Shown: positions 54,927-64,000 of the stretch, in pieces
Layout of the letters: each line of letters starts with the position of its first letter
Position numbering within the stretch: the stretch's first letter is position 1
Position numbers and translations under genes: made by a program
NCBI GenBank assembly: GCA_934661375.1
Contig: CAKUJH010000005.1
Span: forward strand, 2,498-66,497
Source: an uncultured Victivallales bacterium
GTDB taxonomy: Bacteria; Verrucomicrobiota; Lentisphaeria; Victivallales; UBA1829
DNA length: 64,000 bases
Reading direction: 5' to 3'
Notes under the pieces: generated by a model
What the model saw: only the letters and a program-made list of their open reading frames with translations
Told to the model about the DNA's origin: nothing
Databases searched by the model: none

Positions 54927-56231
54927 TCAGACTCCTTTCTTCCGGAAACGGGCGAAAAAGGACGCATCGCAGTCGCCGTCGGAATGCAGGATCTGCAGAA
55001 AACCGGGAACGGGAACGCCGGACAGCGGATGCGGAAAACTTTCCGGCTGGAAATCCGGATGCTCCGACAGAAATTTTTCCACGACTGCCCGGTTTTCATC
55101 TCTGAACATGGAGCAGGTCGCATAAACCAGTACGCCGCCGGACCGGACCGCCGAACTGGCATGGTTCAGTATATCCAGTTGGGTCGCAGATATTTCCGCC
55201 AGTTTTTCTTCTTCCAGAGTCCAGCGGCTTTCCGGATTGCGCCGCCAGCGTCCGGAAGAAGTGCAGGGCGCATCGACCAGCACCCCGGCGCAGTGTCCGG
55301 CAAGACCTTCCGGCAGAGAATGTCCGTCCCAGCCGCTCGTGCGGATATTGCTGAAACCTGCCAGAGCCGCGCGGCGTTTGAGTTCATTCAGCTTGGCACT
55401 GCGCACGTCCGAGGCAAAGACGGTGCCGCGTCCGTTCATCATGGCTGCCAGCTGAAGGGTTTTTCCGCCGCCGCCGGCACAGGCGTCCCACCAGTATTCT
55501 CCGGCTTCCGGGGCGCACGCCAGCCCGATGCATTGCGAAGAGAGATCCTGAACTTCCACCCAGCCTTTGCGGTATGCCTCCGTACTTTGCAGATTCACCC
55601 GCGGAGTCAGTACCCGCAAGGCATTGCCGGCAAATTCATGCGGCAGAGTTTCAACGCGGTCATTCAGCAGGGATTCCCGTACTTTTTCTGTCGAGCCGCG
55701 CTGTACCCGGAGCCAGAGCGGGGCGCGGTTCTGATGTGCTTCGAAAAATGCCGCATCCGGGACAAAATCCAGCCGGGGGAAAATCCAGCGGGGAAAGAGA
55801 TCCTGTTCCGTGCACTCCGGCGATCCGGTCAGCCGCAGGAACGCGTTGAGCCGCGCCAGCGGAGTTTCCGACGCCAGCAGTGACGGCAGAACTGCCGGAT
55901 CAAGCCCCGCATATTCCAGAAAACAGCCTGCCGCCGGGTCGTCGATCCGTCCGGCAGCCGCCGCACCCGCCAGATAAAAAGCGGTATAGTTTTCCCGTTT
56001 TTCGAAGGAGTTGCGCAGCGAACCGAGACAGCGCAGCACGGAAAAAATCAGTTCGGAATACAGTCTCCGGTCGCGTCCGCCAATACGGTGATCGCTCTGA
56101 AAATGCCGTTTCAGAAACAGGTCCGCGGGCAGGTGTTCGTGGAAAACCGCGTGCAGAGTGCTTTCCAGCAGAACCGCGGACATGGCGGCGCGGGTGCGGA
56201 CACGGGAATCTTTCATGGGAATATCATTCAT
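54927..56231 (-). CDS. rsmB: RsmB/NOP2/Sun-family RNA (cytosine-C5) methyltransferase
   Basis: A NusB-like N-terminus, SAM-binding DACAGGGGKT, and catalytic Cys motifs DAPCTSSG and YATCS. Confidence 0.8.
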   Translation of the reverse strand: MNDIPMKDSRVRTRAAMSAVLLESTLHAVFHEHLPADLFLKRHFQSDHRIGGRDRRLYSELIFSVLRCLGSLRNSFEKRENYTAFYLAGAAAAGRIDDPAAGCFLEYAGLDPAVLPSLLASETPLARLNAFLRLTGSPECTEQDLFPRWIFPRLDFVPDAAFFEAHQNRAPLWLRVQRGSTEKVRESLLNDRVETLPHEFAGNALRVLTPRVNLQSTEAYRKGWVEVQDLSSQCIGLACAPEAGEYWWDACAGGGGKTLQLAAMMNGRGTVFASDVRSAKLNELKRRAALAGFSNIRTSGWDGHSLPEGLAGHCAGVLVDAPCTSSGRWRRNPESRWTLEEEKLAEISATQLDILNHASSAVRSGGVLVYATCSMFRDENRAVVEKFLSEHPDFQPESFPHPLSGVPVPGFLQILHSDGDCDASFFARFRKKGV

Positions 56232-57213
56232 GGGATGTTTCCTTCGGTTTGGCGGGGGAGAAAATGAAGAAAAGACCGCCGGAGAGATTGAACAGAATAA
56301 TGATTGCGGAGATGGTCAGCGAAATGGCAAGTGCGGCATCGCCGGGAATCCCGCCTGCCTGAAGAATCGGAATGATGAACAGATCGCGGGTGCCGACGCC
56401 AGAGGGGGTTGTCGGGAGCAGTCCCGCAATGTTTCCCACGGTGATTGCCGCGAGAATCACTCCGAAGGAGGGCGCCGAACCCAGAATCGCCATGCCGACA
56501 CACCATGCCATGCATCCCAGCACCAGGTTGACCAGCACGATGCTTGCCAGAATGCATACCGCCACTTCCGTACGGCATTCGGAATAGGAGTCCAGCGCAC
56601 CGGTTACTTTGGAATACAGACCGCGGGTGATTCTGTCGCCGAATGCACTCAATTTCCGGTACAGTGCGATTCTTTCCAGCATTCTGTGGTTGAAGACAAC
56701 AACAGAAGCCGCTATTCCGCAGAGACTTCCGGCAAGAAGCACATAGATGAACTGTTCAATGATTCCTTTGACCGAAGACAAAATTCCCCAGACGAACGGA
56801 AGCATTCCCAGCGCCACCAGAAAAATCCCGATCATGCCGGTGAAACGGTCAATCAGAATGGTGAACGCACCATCGAATTTGCGTCCTTTCCGGATATGCG
56901 CAGCCAGAAAACCGATGCGGACCAGGTCGCCTCCGATGGCTCCGGGCAGCACCAGGGAAAAGAAAAAGGACTGCATGGTCAGAGAAACCGCCAGATGGAG
57001 CGAGCATCCGATTTTCTGCGCCCGCAGGAGAAGCCACCACCGCCACGCATTGGCGAAGATATGCAATGCGTAAAAAAGCAGGGCGGCGACGATCCAGTAC
57101 GGATTGGCGCGGAGCAGGGTATCCAGAAATCCCCGCGGTGTTTTATATATCAGAAAAGCGATAATCCCGCCTGCCAGCAGGACTTTTACCGCGGTTTTGA
57201 GCCAGCTTTTCAT
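56224..57213 (-). CDS. lysylphosphatidylglycerol-synthase-TM-region/UPF0104 family membrane protein
   Basis: Polytopic, with LPGAIGGDLVRIGF and GLLPTTPSGVGTRD as in UPF0104 'flippase-like' proteins. The start is either 57213 (MKSWLK...) or the track's 57318. Confidence 0.65.
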   Translation of the reverse strand: MKSWLKTAVKVLLAGGIIAFLIYKTPRGFLDTLLRANPYWIVAALLFYALHIFANAWRWWLLLRAQKIGCSLHLAVSLTMQSFFFSLVLPGAIGGDLVRIGFLAAHIRKGRKFDGAFTILIDRFTGMIGIFLVALGMLPFVWGILSSVKGIIEQFIYVLLAGSLCGIAASVVVFNHRMLERIALYRKLSAFGDRITRGLYSKVTGALDSYSECRTEVAVCILASIVLVNLVLGCMAWCVGMAILGSAPSFGVILAAITVGNIAGLLPTTPSGVGTRDLFIIPILQAGGIPGDAALAISLTISAIIILFNLSGGLFFIFSPAKPKETSHE

Positions 57214-57361
57214 TTTTATCGTGTATTTTCCCTTGTTTTTGATTTGCAGAGATGCGGTTTCCCGGTTATATTGTCGTCCGGAAGGATATAAAGATAACCC
57301 GTTTTTTTCTTTTTTCAATTAGGGAAGGAGAAAAACAGATGATTATTCATCGGAAAGAAAA

Positions 57362-58174
57362 GTGGGAATGGCCGGACCGGTATTGAATCTGTTATTTGTC
57401 GGAGACATCGTGGGGAAGGGCGGACGCAATGCCGTCAAAGCCCTGGTTCCTGTATTGAAACAGCGTCACAATGCGTCGTTTGTGATCGCCAACGGCGAAA
57501 ACTGCGCCAACGGGGCAGGGTACAGCCTGACCTGCATCCGCGATATGGAATCTGTGGTGAATGTGTTCACTTCGGGCGATCATACCTGGGATCAGAAAAA
57601 TTTCGAACAGGAAATCCAGTCGGTCCGCAATCTGGTGCGTCCCGCGAATTTCAGTTATCTTCAGCCCGGACGCGGCTGGGGCATTTTTCGCAATCCGGCA
57701 GGCGGCGACGTCGCTGTGATTTCCCTGCAGGGACGCGTTTTCATGAAAGACAGCGCGGCATGTCCGTTTGAAACCGCCGAAAAAATCATAGCACAGCTGC
57801 CGCCGTCGGTGAAGTGCATCATCGTGGACATCCATGCCGAAGCGACCAGTGAAAAAGCGGCGATGGCATGGAATCTCGACGGCAAAGTTACCGCGGTGAT
57901 CGGGACTCATACCCATGTGCAGACTTCCGATGCGCGGATTTTGCCCGGCGGAACAGCTCTGCTGACGGATGTCGGCATGGTGGGCGGTCATGACTCTGTG
58001 CTGGGCAGGGATGTCCGCGATGTGGTCCGCAAATTCCGCACCGGTATGCCGACCCGTCTGAATGTTACCGAAAAAAACATACGGCTGGATTATGCCGTGA
58101 TTTCTTATGAACTTATGACCGGACGCGCGGTTTCGATCCGTGCGTTCTCGGAATTTTACACCCCGGAGAACTGA
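57362..58174 (+). CDS. YmdB-like metallophosphoesterase (TIGR00282 family)
   Basis: FVGDIVGKGGR, ANGENCANGAG, DIHAEATSEK and GTHTHVQTSD are present. Confidence 0.85.
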   Translation: MGMAGPVLNLLFVGDIVGKGGRNAVKALVPVLKQRHNASFVIANGENCANGAGYSLTCIRDMESVVNVFTSGDHTWDQKNFEQEIQSVRNLVRPANFSYLQPGRGWGIFRNPAGGDVAVISLQGRVFMKDSAACPFETAEKIIAQLPPSVKCIIVDIHAEATSEKAAMAWNLDGKVTAVIGTHTHVQTSDARILPGGTALLTDVGMVGGHDSVLGRDVRDVVRKFRTGMPTRLNVTEKNIRLDYAVISYELMTGRAVSIRAFSEFYTPEN

Positions 58175-58176
58175 AT

Positions 58177-59055
58177 ATGAAGAACATTCCTGAAATTGAC
58201 TGGAAACGGGCGGATGCGCTGATTGCTCTTGCCCTCGAAGAAGACCTGGACGGACGCGGCGACGTAACCACCAATTCCGTGATTCCGGAAAATCTGGTTA
58301 CGGATGCCGTGTTTCTGGCGAAAGAAGATCTGGTCTGCGCCGGACTGCCCGTTGCCGAACGCCTGTTCCATACTTTGAGTCCGGATCTGAAATGGGAATC
58401 ACTGGTTCAGGAAGGCGAATTCTGTCCGAAAGGGACCGTCATGGCGAAAGTGCATGGTTCGGCGCGTCTCCTGCTGACTGGCGAACGCACCGCCCTGAAC
58501 TTTCTGCAGCGTCTCTGCGGCGTTGCCACCGCCTCGAAAAAGTATCAGGACGCGGCAGGCGACCGCTGTCAGATTCTGGACACCCGCAAGACAACTCCCG
58601 GCTGGCGCAATCTGGAAAAATACGCAGTGGCGACCGGCGGCGCGCACAACCACCGTATCGGTCTGTATGACCGGGTCATGATCAAGGACAATCACCGTGA
58701 ACTTGCCGGACTCGAAGGAGCAGGCGGGATCACCCGTTCCGTGGCTCACGCACGGGAAAAATACCCGGATCTGGAAGTCGAAGTGGAAGTGGATTCTCTG
58801 GATGAACTGGCGGAAGCCGTCGCGACCGGAGCGGAATACATTCTGCTGGACAATATGAGCGACGAAATGATGGCGGAAGCGGTCCGGTTTGTGAATGGAC
58901 GCTCCAAACTCGAAGCCAGCGGCGGCATTACTCTGGCGCGGATCCCGTCCGCCGCCGCCTCCGGTGTTGATTTCATTTCCGCCGGCGCGCTGACTCATTC
59001 GGTGAAATCCTGCGACATTTCCGTGGATATTGCCTTGCCGGGAGATAAAAAATGA
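58177..59055 (+). CDS. nadC: nicotinate-nucleotide diphosphorylase (carboxylating)
   Basis: GERTALNFLQRLCGVAT, ILDTRKTTPGWR, KYAVATGGAHNHR and MIKDNH are present. Confidence 0.9.
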   Translation: MKNIPEIDWKRADALIALALEEDLDGRGDVTTNSVIPENLVTDAVFLAKEDLVCAGLPVAERLFHTLSPDLKWESLVQEGEFCPKGTVMAKVHGSARLLLTGERTALNFLQRLCGVATASKKYQDAAGDRCQILDTRKTTPGWRNLEKYAVATGGAHNHRIGLYDRVMIKDNHRELAGLEGAGGITRSVAHAREKYPDLEVEVEVDSLDELAEAVATGAEYILLDNMSDEMMAEAVRFVNGRSKLEASGGITLARIPSAAASGVDFISAGALTHSVKSCDISVDIALPGDKK

Positions 59056-59669
59056 TTGCGCAGCTCCGGGGCATTCTGCTGGATTCCTCTTTCACGGAAG
59101 CGGTGATTGATGTCAACGGCGTCGGCTATCAGGTGCTGATTCCGATGAGCACTTTTGACAAGCTGCCGCGTCCGGATAAAAAAGCGGAAGTAACTTTGCT
59201 GACGTATCTTCAGGTTCGGGAAGACGCGTTGACGCTGTTCGGGTTCGCCACGCGGCAGGAACGGGATGTGTTCCTGCTGCTGACCACGGTCAACGGAATC
59301 GGTGCGAAAACAGCTCTGAATATTCTGAGCTGCATGAATATCGCCACTTTCTGTCAGGCGGTTGCTTCCGGTGATTTGAAGAGTCTCAAGAAAATTTCCG
59401 GAGTCGGACCGAAATCAGCGGAACGCATTCTGGTTGAACTGCGGGACAAGATTCAGAAGATTGCGCCTGAAACCGTTTTCACTTCCGGCGGGAAAGCCGC
59501 CCCGGCGGTCGACAAAGCGGTGGAGGACGCCATTCTGGCTTTGGGACAGCTCGGATTCCAGGGACCGAAATTCCAGCAGCTGATTGCCGATGTCGCGGCG
59601 GGAATGCCGGAAAACGAACGTTCCTGCGAAAATATCATCCGCAAATCTCTGCAGGCTCTGAACCGCTGA
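59052..59669 (+). CDS. ruvA: Holliday junction branch migration complex subunit RuvA
   Basis: MIAQLRGIL...VNGVGYQVLIP and two HhH motifs (VNGIGAKTALNIL, ISGVGPKSAERI) are present. There is a 4-nt overlap with nadC. Confidence 0.9.
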   Translation: MIAQLRGILLDSSFTEAVIDVNGVGYQVLIPMSTFDKLPRPDKKAEVTLLTYLQVREDALTLFGFATRQERDVFLLLTTVNGIGAKTALNILSCMNIATFCQAVASGDLKSLKKISGVGPKSAERILVELRDKIQKIAPETVFTSGGKAAPAVDKAVEDAILALGQLGFQGPKFQQLIADVAAGMPENERSCENIIRKSLQALNR

Positions 59670-59818
59670 TCTTCTGTTCGATGCAATGCCGGAATAAACC
59701 GCTTGAAAAAAGGCAGAACGGACTAATTTAACCGTTAAAACAGAAGTTGCATACGGTTCTCCTTTTCCGTCCGTGCGTTTTTTCGCGTCGGTCAATTGCG
59801 GCGGAAACGATGCACCTG

Positions 59819-60541
59819 TCAGCGGAGCAGACTGCGGATGACTGCCGCGGCGCAATGGCAGCCGAATACTGCCGGCATGAAGGAAATCGTGCCGGTGGCA
59901 GAACGTTTGTTGCGTCCTTTTTCTTCCCGTATGGCTTCTTTGAGCGGCAGTTCAGAGGAAAAAACCGCCTGAATTCCTTTACGTATGCCCAGCTGCGCCA
60001 ACCCATGCCGGAAGGCTTTCGCCAATCCGCAATTATAGGTTTTGGAGATGTCCGTACAGGAAATTTTTTCCGGATTCAGCCGGGCGCCGGCTCCCATGGA
60101 TGAGACCAGCGGAATGCCGCGTTCCAATACCGCTTTCGCCAGCTGCAGCTTCGGGGTAAGAGTGTCAATGGCGTCCAGAACACAATCGAAATGACGGGAA
60201 TCCAGCAGGGCGGGGATGTTGCTGTCCAGCAGATATTCCGTGCGGATTTCCAGATCCAGATCCGGGTGGATGGCTTTGAGTCTGGCGCCGATGATTTCCG
60301 TTTTGTATTGTCCCAGCGTGCTGGTCAGTGCCGGCAGCTGACGGTTCAGATTGGTTGCCTCGACCTGATCGCCGTCCACTATGACCAGATGTCCGATTCC
60401 GGCGCGTCCGATCATTTCCGCCGCAGCCCCGCCGACGCCGCCCAGCCCGACAATCAGGACACAGGCATTCTGAAGTTTCAGTACATTTTCCTTTCCGAGC
60501 AGCAGTTCCGTGCGGTCCTGCCAGTTTTCCGGTGTATTCAT
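59819..60541 (-). CDS. tcdA: tRNA threonylcarbamoyladenosine dehydratase (ThiF/MoeB-fold)
   Basis: VGLGGVGGAAAEMIGRAGIGHLVIVDGDQVEATNLNRQ is present, and the size (240 aa) is typical of TcdA/CsdL. Confidence 0.8.
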   Translation of the reverse strand: MNTPENWQDRTELLLGKENVLKLQNACVLIVGLGGVGGAAAEMIGRAGIGHLVIVDGDQVEATNLNRQLPALTSTLGQYKTEIIGARLKAIHPDLDLEIRTEYLLDSNIPALLDSRHFDCVLDAIDTLTPKLQLAKAVLERGIPLVSSMGAGARLNPEKISCTDISKTYNCGLAKAFRHGLAQLGIRKGIQAVFSSELPLKEAIREEKGRNKRSATGTISFMPAVFGCHCAAAVIRSLLR

Positions 60542-60551
60542 GATAATGTCC

Positions 60552-62669
60552 TCACAGCCAGGAAGGCGTTTTTTTCTCTTTGACGATTCCGGCGAAATAA
60601 ATCAGTCCGAATCCCGCCGCCAGGCAGAGGAAGGGCAGGGCGGGCAGTTGGTAGCGCGGTTCCGCGATGGAGCCGGGCATCAGCAGATAATATCCGGAGA
60701 GCAGCAGAAGGAGCAGCACGGGAAACCAGCTCCGCCGGTCCGCCGCCGCGACGAAATACCAGACCAGCCCCAGCAGCATCGCCGCGTAAAGCAGCCGTAC
60801 CGCAATGGCGAAAACCTGCATCCAGGTCCGGTTCGGCGCATGGAGCATGCCCAGATTGATGAGCAGTCCGGCGGTTTCCGGCAGAAGCACCGCAGGGTTC
60901 AGATGCATGACCAGACAGCGGAACGGGTGCTGAAGAATCCGATGCAGCATCCGGTTGTCCCGTTCGCGGAGCTGTGCGCCAAGCGTGGCGAATTTTTCCG
61001 GTTCAGCGGCATAAACCGCATACATTTCTGCCCGGTAATCCGCCAGAACATCCGCTTTTTTGCGTCCGCTGGCTGCCGCTTCCAGCGCGGCGGCATTTTT
61101 CAGAAGGGCTTCCGAGCTGATGGTGTCGATCCGCCAGCCCAGTCCTGCCCGGTGCGAACTCCACAGCCAGGGCAGCAGCACAGCCCCGAACAGCAGCAGA
61201 GAAACGAGCATGTAATTCAGGCGCAGACGCGGAGAGGTTTTTCGGAAGAAAAACAGCACGAAAACGCATGGGAAGATCCACAACGCATTTGCCGGCCGGA
61301 TCAATGCGCCGAGCGCGGCAAGCATCACCGATGCGATCAGATTCAGCCCGAAGGCATTGCGGATGAAACGCAGGAAAAACCAGACCTGCAGCGCCGCCGC
61401 CAGCAGAAACAGTGTGTCCGGCAGAAACAGCGGAGCATACGCGATTGCCGTCGGATTCAATGCCAGCAGCAGAGCCGCCGCCAGCCCGGTCCTGTACGAA
61501 CCGAAAAGGTGTCCGGCAAGATACAGCACCACACAGCACAATGCCCCCAGCAGACAGCCGGACATGGCGGCGAATGCGAGGTTGTGTCCGCTGATGCCGA
61601 AAATCACCGACAGCCAGATCACGTACAGCGGAGCCCGCGTTTCATTGCCGTAGACCTGCTGGAATGCGGGCGTGTCCGGCTGCTGGATACGCCACGCCGA
61701 AGGGTATGGTTTATGGAAAACCGGAGCTTCCGTGAATATCCCTTTTCCCGCATCCGCCAGAAACGCCGCACTGTCCGGACGCATCAGAAGCTGCGGATTT
61801 GAGAGTCCGGGCAGCGCGCCGAGCAGCCGGATCAGAAAGGCGAATACAAAAACGGCAACCAGACAGAAGCGGCTGATTTTCTTCTGTTTTATGACATCGC
61901 TGAATGCGGGGGATATCGCTGCTGTGCCGCGGCGGATTCGGTAAAGAGAGGCAAAACGCCAGTACAGCGCAATCCAGAGTGCGAGCAGTCCGTCCTTCCA
62001 TTTGATTTTCTTGCCTTCGGAAACTTTGCGCGGATGGTACGAGACGGGAACTTCGCGGATTTCGAATCCCATCCGGAGCAGTTTCGCCGTGATTTCCGGT
62101 TCCCATTCAAAGCGGCCGCCGTCAAGGGGAATCGAGCGGAGCAGGGGACCGTCAAACGTTTTGTAGCAGGTCGGTTCATCCGTCAGTTCCGCATTGAACA
62201 GCAGGTCAATCCACCAGGTCAGGAGCAGTCCGCCCAGAAAAAATGAGGGCGAAGAAAACATGCGGTTGCGGTTGTCTGCTTCCCGTGAACCGTAGACAAC
62301 TTTGCATTCTCCGTGGAGAATGGGGGCAATACAGGCGGCATAGTCGTTGGGGTCGTATTCCAGATCGGCATCCTGAATGATGACCACATCTCCGGCAGAT
62401 GCCTTGATACCGGTTTTGACCGCTGCTCCTTTGCCGCCGTTTTCGCGGTGCAGTAGTTTGAGAGAATGCGGAGTGTGAGAGCGGTTTTTCCGAATCCATT
62501 CTTCGCAGAGACGCGGTGACTGATCGGTGGAGCCGTCATTGACGATGATGATTTCCATGGAAACCGGAACATCGGCATGAATGACTTTGTCCAGCAGGGC
62601 GGTTACAGTCCGTTCTTCGTTGTAGACGGGAATGATGACGGACAGTGTTTTATGATTTGAATCTGACAT
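60552..62669 (-). CDS. fusion protein: GT2 polyprenyl-phosphate glycosyltransferase-like domain plus GT-C/PMT_2 (ArnT/GT39-like) polytopic membrane domain
   Basis: The N-terminal ~230 aa carry SVIIPVYNEE, IIVNDGSTD, NGGKGAAVKTGI and IIQDADLEYDP (GT2, Dpm1/ArnC-like). The remaining ~470 aa are multi-pass hydrophobic, with an early-loop RPDSAAF. Confidence 0.75.
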   Translation of the reverse strand: MSDSNHKTLSVIIPVYNEERTVTALLDKVIHADVPVSMEIIIVNDGSTDQSPRLCEEWIRKNRSHTPHSLKLLHRENGGKGAAVKTGIKASAGDVVIIQDADLEYDPNDYAACIAPILHGECKVVYGSREADNRNRMFSSPSFFLGGLLLTWWIDLLFNAELTDEPTCYKTFDGPLLRSIPLDGGRFEWEPEITAKLLRMGFEIREVPVSYHPRKVSEGKKIKWKDGLLALWIALYWRFASLYRIRRGTAAISPAFSDVIKQKKISRFCLVAVFVFAFLIRLLGALPGLSNPQLLMRPDSAAFLADAGKGIFTEAPVFHKPYPSAWRIQQPDTPAFQQVYGNETRAPLYVIWLSVIFGISGHNLAFAAMSGCLLGALCCVVLYLAGHLFGSYRTGLAAALLLALNPTAIAYAPLFLPDTLFLLAAALQVWFFLRFIRNAFGLNLIASVMLAALGALIRPANALWIFPCVFVLFFFRKTSPRLRLNYMLVSLLLFGAVLLPWLWSSHRAGLGWRIDTISSEALLKNAAALEAAASGRKKADVLADYRAEMYAVYAAEPEKFATLGAQLRERDNRMLHRILQHPFRCLVMHLNPAVLLPETAGLLINLGMLHAPNRTWMQVFAIAVRLLYAAMLLGLVWYFVAAADRRSWFPVLLLLLLSGYYLLMPGSIAEPRYQLPALPFLCLAAGFGLIYFAGIVKEKKTPSWL

Positions 62670-62684
62670 GACAAACCTTTCCGG

Positions 62685-63950
62685 TTATAAAACAGGAGAC
62701 ATCAGGGCGCAGGCACTTTCCGCAAGTTTGCGCAAAGTCTTCTTCCTCTGAAGCATATCATCTGTGATTTCAACGGATTTTCTTAATTCAATCAGGAACT
62801 GACGGCGGAGTTTTTCCGGAAAATCACCGCTTTCCACCAGCAGATCCAATTCAAAATTGAGCCGGAAACTCCGGACGTCGCAATTGCTGGATCCCAGATA
62901 CGCCAGTTCTCCGTCCACCAGCATCGCCTTGGCATGAGTGAATACTTCCCTGCGTTCAAAAATACGGACGCCGTCCGCGCGGAGCGGTTCATAAAAACTG
63001 GCGGACGCCATCCGCACGTACCAGTGATTGTTGATTGCCGGGACAATCAGGCGGACATCCACGCCGCGGGCGGACGCCATGCGCAGCGCTTTGGAAAAAT
63101 CATGAGTCGGCACAAAATACGGCGTGATGATCCAGATGGATTTCCGGGCGGTGGATGCCGCAGTGAAAAAAACGTTTTCCGTTCCCTCGAAAAAATATCC
63201 GTGTCCGCTGGCAATCAGCCGGATGGTGTCGCGTCCGCATTCTTCCGGAAGCGGAAAATATTCCCGCAGGAACAGATTGTCCGGTGCCGATTTCGAGGCG
63301 TAGAGCCAGTCGCACAGAAAAGAATACTGCAGTTCGCCGACAATCGGACCATGCACCCGGCAATGAAAATCGTGAATGCCCAGATGATCATTGGTCCGGA
63401 TATTTTCCTGACTGATGTTCAGTCCGCCTGTGAAAGCGGTTTTCCCGTCCACAATCAGCAGTTTGCGGTGATTGCGGAGCTGAATCCGCCATGGCGTCAG
63501 CACGGACGCATGGGAAAACGGTTTGATTTTCAGCGCCGGCAGTTTGCGGGAACGGCAGCGCAGCAGAAACCAGGAGGATTTCAGACTGCCGAATTTGTCG
63601 AACAGCACTTTTACTTCCACTCCGGCTTCGGCGCGTTCCCGGAGGGCTTTCAGCATTTCGCGGCCGATGGCGTCGTCGGCAAAAATGAAACTCTGCAGAT
63701 TGATGCTTTTCCGCGCAGAGCGGATGCTGTCCAGCATGGCGGGATAGGCATCGGTTCCGTCACAGAACAGTTCGACTTTGTTTCCGGAAAGCGACGATGC
63801 CCCCAGCGGCAGCAGCGGAGAGTCTTCCGGCGTTTCATTCCGTTCCTGATGAAAATACTGATGATTGCGCTGCAGCAGACGTTCCAGCATCGCCGTGAAA
63901 TCTCCGACGACACCGTTCCGCGGTTCGGTGCAGCGGAACTGCCGCATCAT
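62685..63950 (-). CDS. cls: cardiolipin synthase / phospholipase D family (ClsB-like, no N-terminal TM helices in this ORF)
   Basis: Two HKD motifs are present: HRKLLIVDGKTAFTGGLN and HAKAMLVDGELAYLGSSN. The frame stays open from 63951 to the window end, so the true start could lie beyond nt 64000. Confidence 0.8.
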   Translation of the reverse strand: MMRQFRCTEPRNGVVGDFTAMLERLLQRNHQYFHQERNETPEDSPLLPLGASSLSGNKVELFCDGTDAYPAMLDSIRSARKSINLQSFIFADDAIGREMLKALRERAEAGVEVKVLFDKFGSLKSSWFLLRCRSRKLPALKIKPFSHASVLTPWRIQLRNHRKLLIVDGKTAFTGGLNISQENIRTNDHLGIHDFHCRVHGPIVGELQYSFLCDWLYASKSAPDNLFLREYFPLPEECGRDTIRLIASGHGYFFEGTENVFFTAASTARKSIWIITPYFVPTHDFSKALRMASARGVDVRLIVPAINNHWYVRMASASFYEPLRADGVRIFERREVFTHAKAMLVDGELAYLGSSNCDVRSFRLNFELDLLVESGDFPEKLRRQFLIELRKSVEITDDMLQRKKTLRKLAESACALMSPVL

Positions 63951-64000
63951 TTCCTTGCGGCTGCGGAGCGCATGATGTTCCGCTTCGGAACGTTCCCGGA

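Noticed and set aside
59670-59818. 149-nt convergent gap between ruvA and tcdA examined for a tRNA or small RNA (and track ORFs 59728-60006 and 59747-60103)
   Set aside because: It has no tRNA hallmarks (no GGTTCGAATCC-type T-arm and no cloverleaf pairing), only weak AACCGT/ACGGTT and ACGGAC/GTCCGT stems. The ORFs overlap tcdA antisense.

Overview
This 64-kb window is gene-dense, with about 56 protein-coding genes on both strands. I found no rRNA, tRNA, CRISPR array, transposase or integrase. Three traits suggest an anaerobic, glycan-fermenting member of the PVC group (Lentisphaerota/Kiritimatiellota/Verrucomicrobiota-like): a prepilin-type FTLIELLVV...H-X9-DG protein, many glycoside hydrolases without signal peptides, and strictly anaerobic hydrogenases. 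This taxonomic call is inference only. Layout: (1) 1-5.2 kb holds a GH78-like hydrolase (5'-truncated), a TrmH-type methyltransferase, a carbohydrate esterase-like hydrolase, queE and a DUF1835-like gene. (2) 5.2-10.6 kb holds rpsU (missed by the ORF track), an rpoD with a roughly 300-aa Lys/Ala/Pro-rich N-terminal extension, and divergent mfd. (3) 11.0-19.8 kb holds hypCDEAB followed by a six-gene Ech-type (group 4) membrane [NiFe] hydrogenase. (4) 19.9-24.7 kb, convergent to Ech, holds a tightly coupled five-gene operon: [2Fe-2S] protein, PAS-bearing sensory-type [FeFe] hydrogenase (HydS-like), PP2C phosphatase, second [2Fe-2S] protein, and a Cys-rich [FeFe] hydrogenase. This is the most interesting system in the window. 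(5) manA, argS, an AT-rich orphan gene, and a TatD/PHP/SGNH hydrolase trio. (6) 30.8-51.9 kb holds glycan-utilisation genes (MarC, HpcH aldolase, DUF4838-like, BNR/sialidase-like, AraC, pilin-like protein, large GH, GH2 beta-galactosidase, ABC exporter, LacI, GHL6/GH42M-like GH), interrupted by thiME, an EEP-family gene and trxB. (7) 52-64 kb holds LysR, a second MarC, an unknown secreted protein, rsmB, an LPG-synthase-TM-like protein, a YmdB-like gene, nadC, ruvA, tcdA, a GT2 fused to a GT-C/PMT-like membrane glycosyltransferase, and a ClsB-like cardiolipin synthase. Non-coding structure: a perfect 20-bp inverted repeat encloses the RBS and start of the pilin-like gene, a perfect-consensus sigma70 promoter faces rpoD, there are several clean bidirectional terminators, and a 15-bp inverted repeat lies before the LacI gene. 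All family calls come from reading motifs in the translations. No database search was run.
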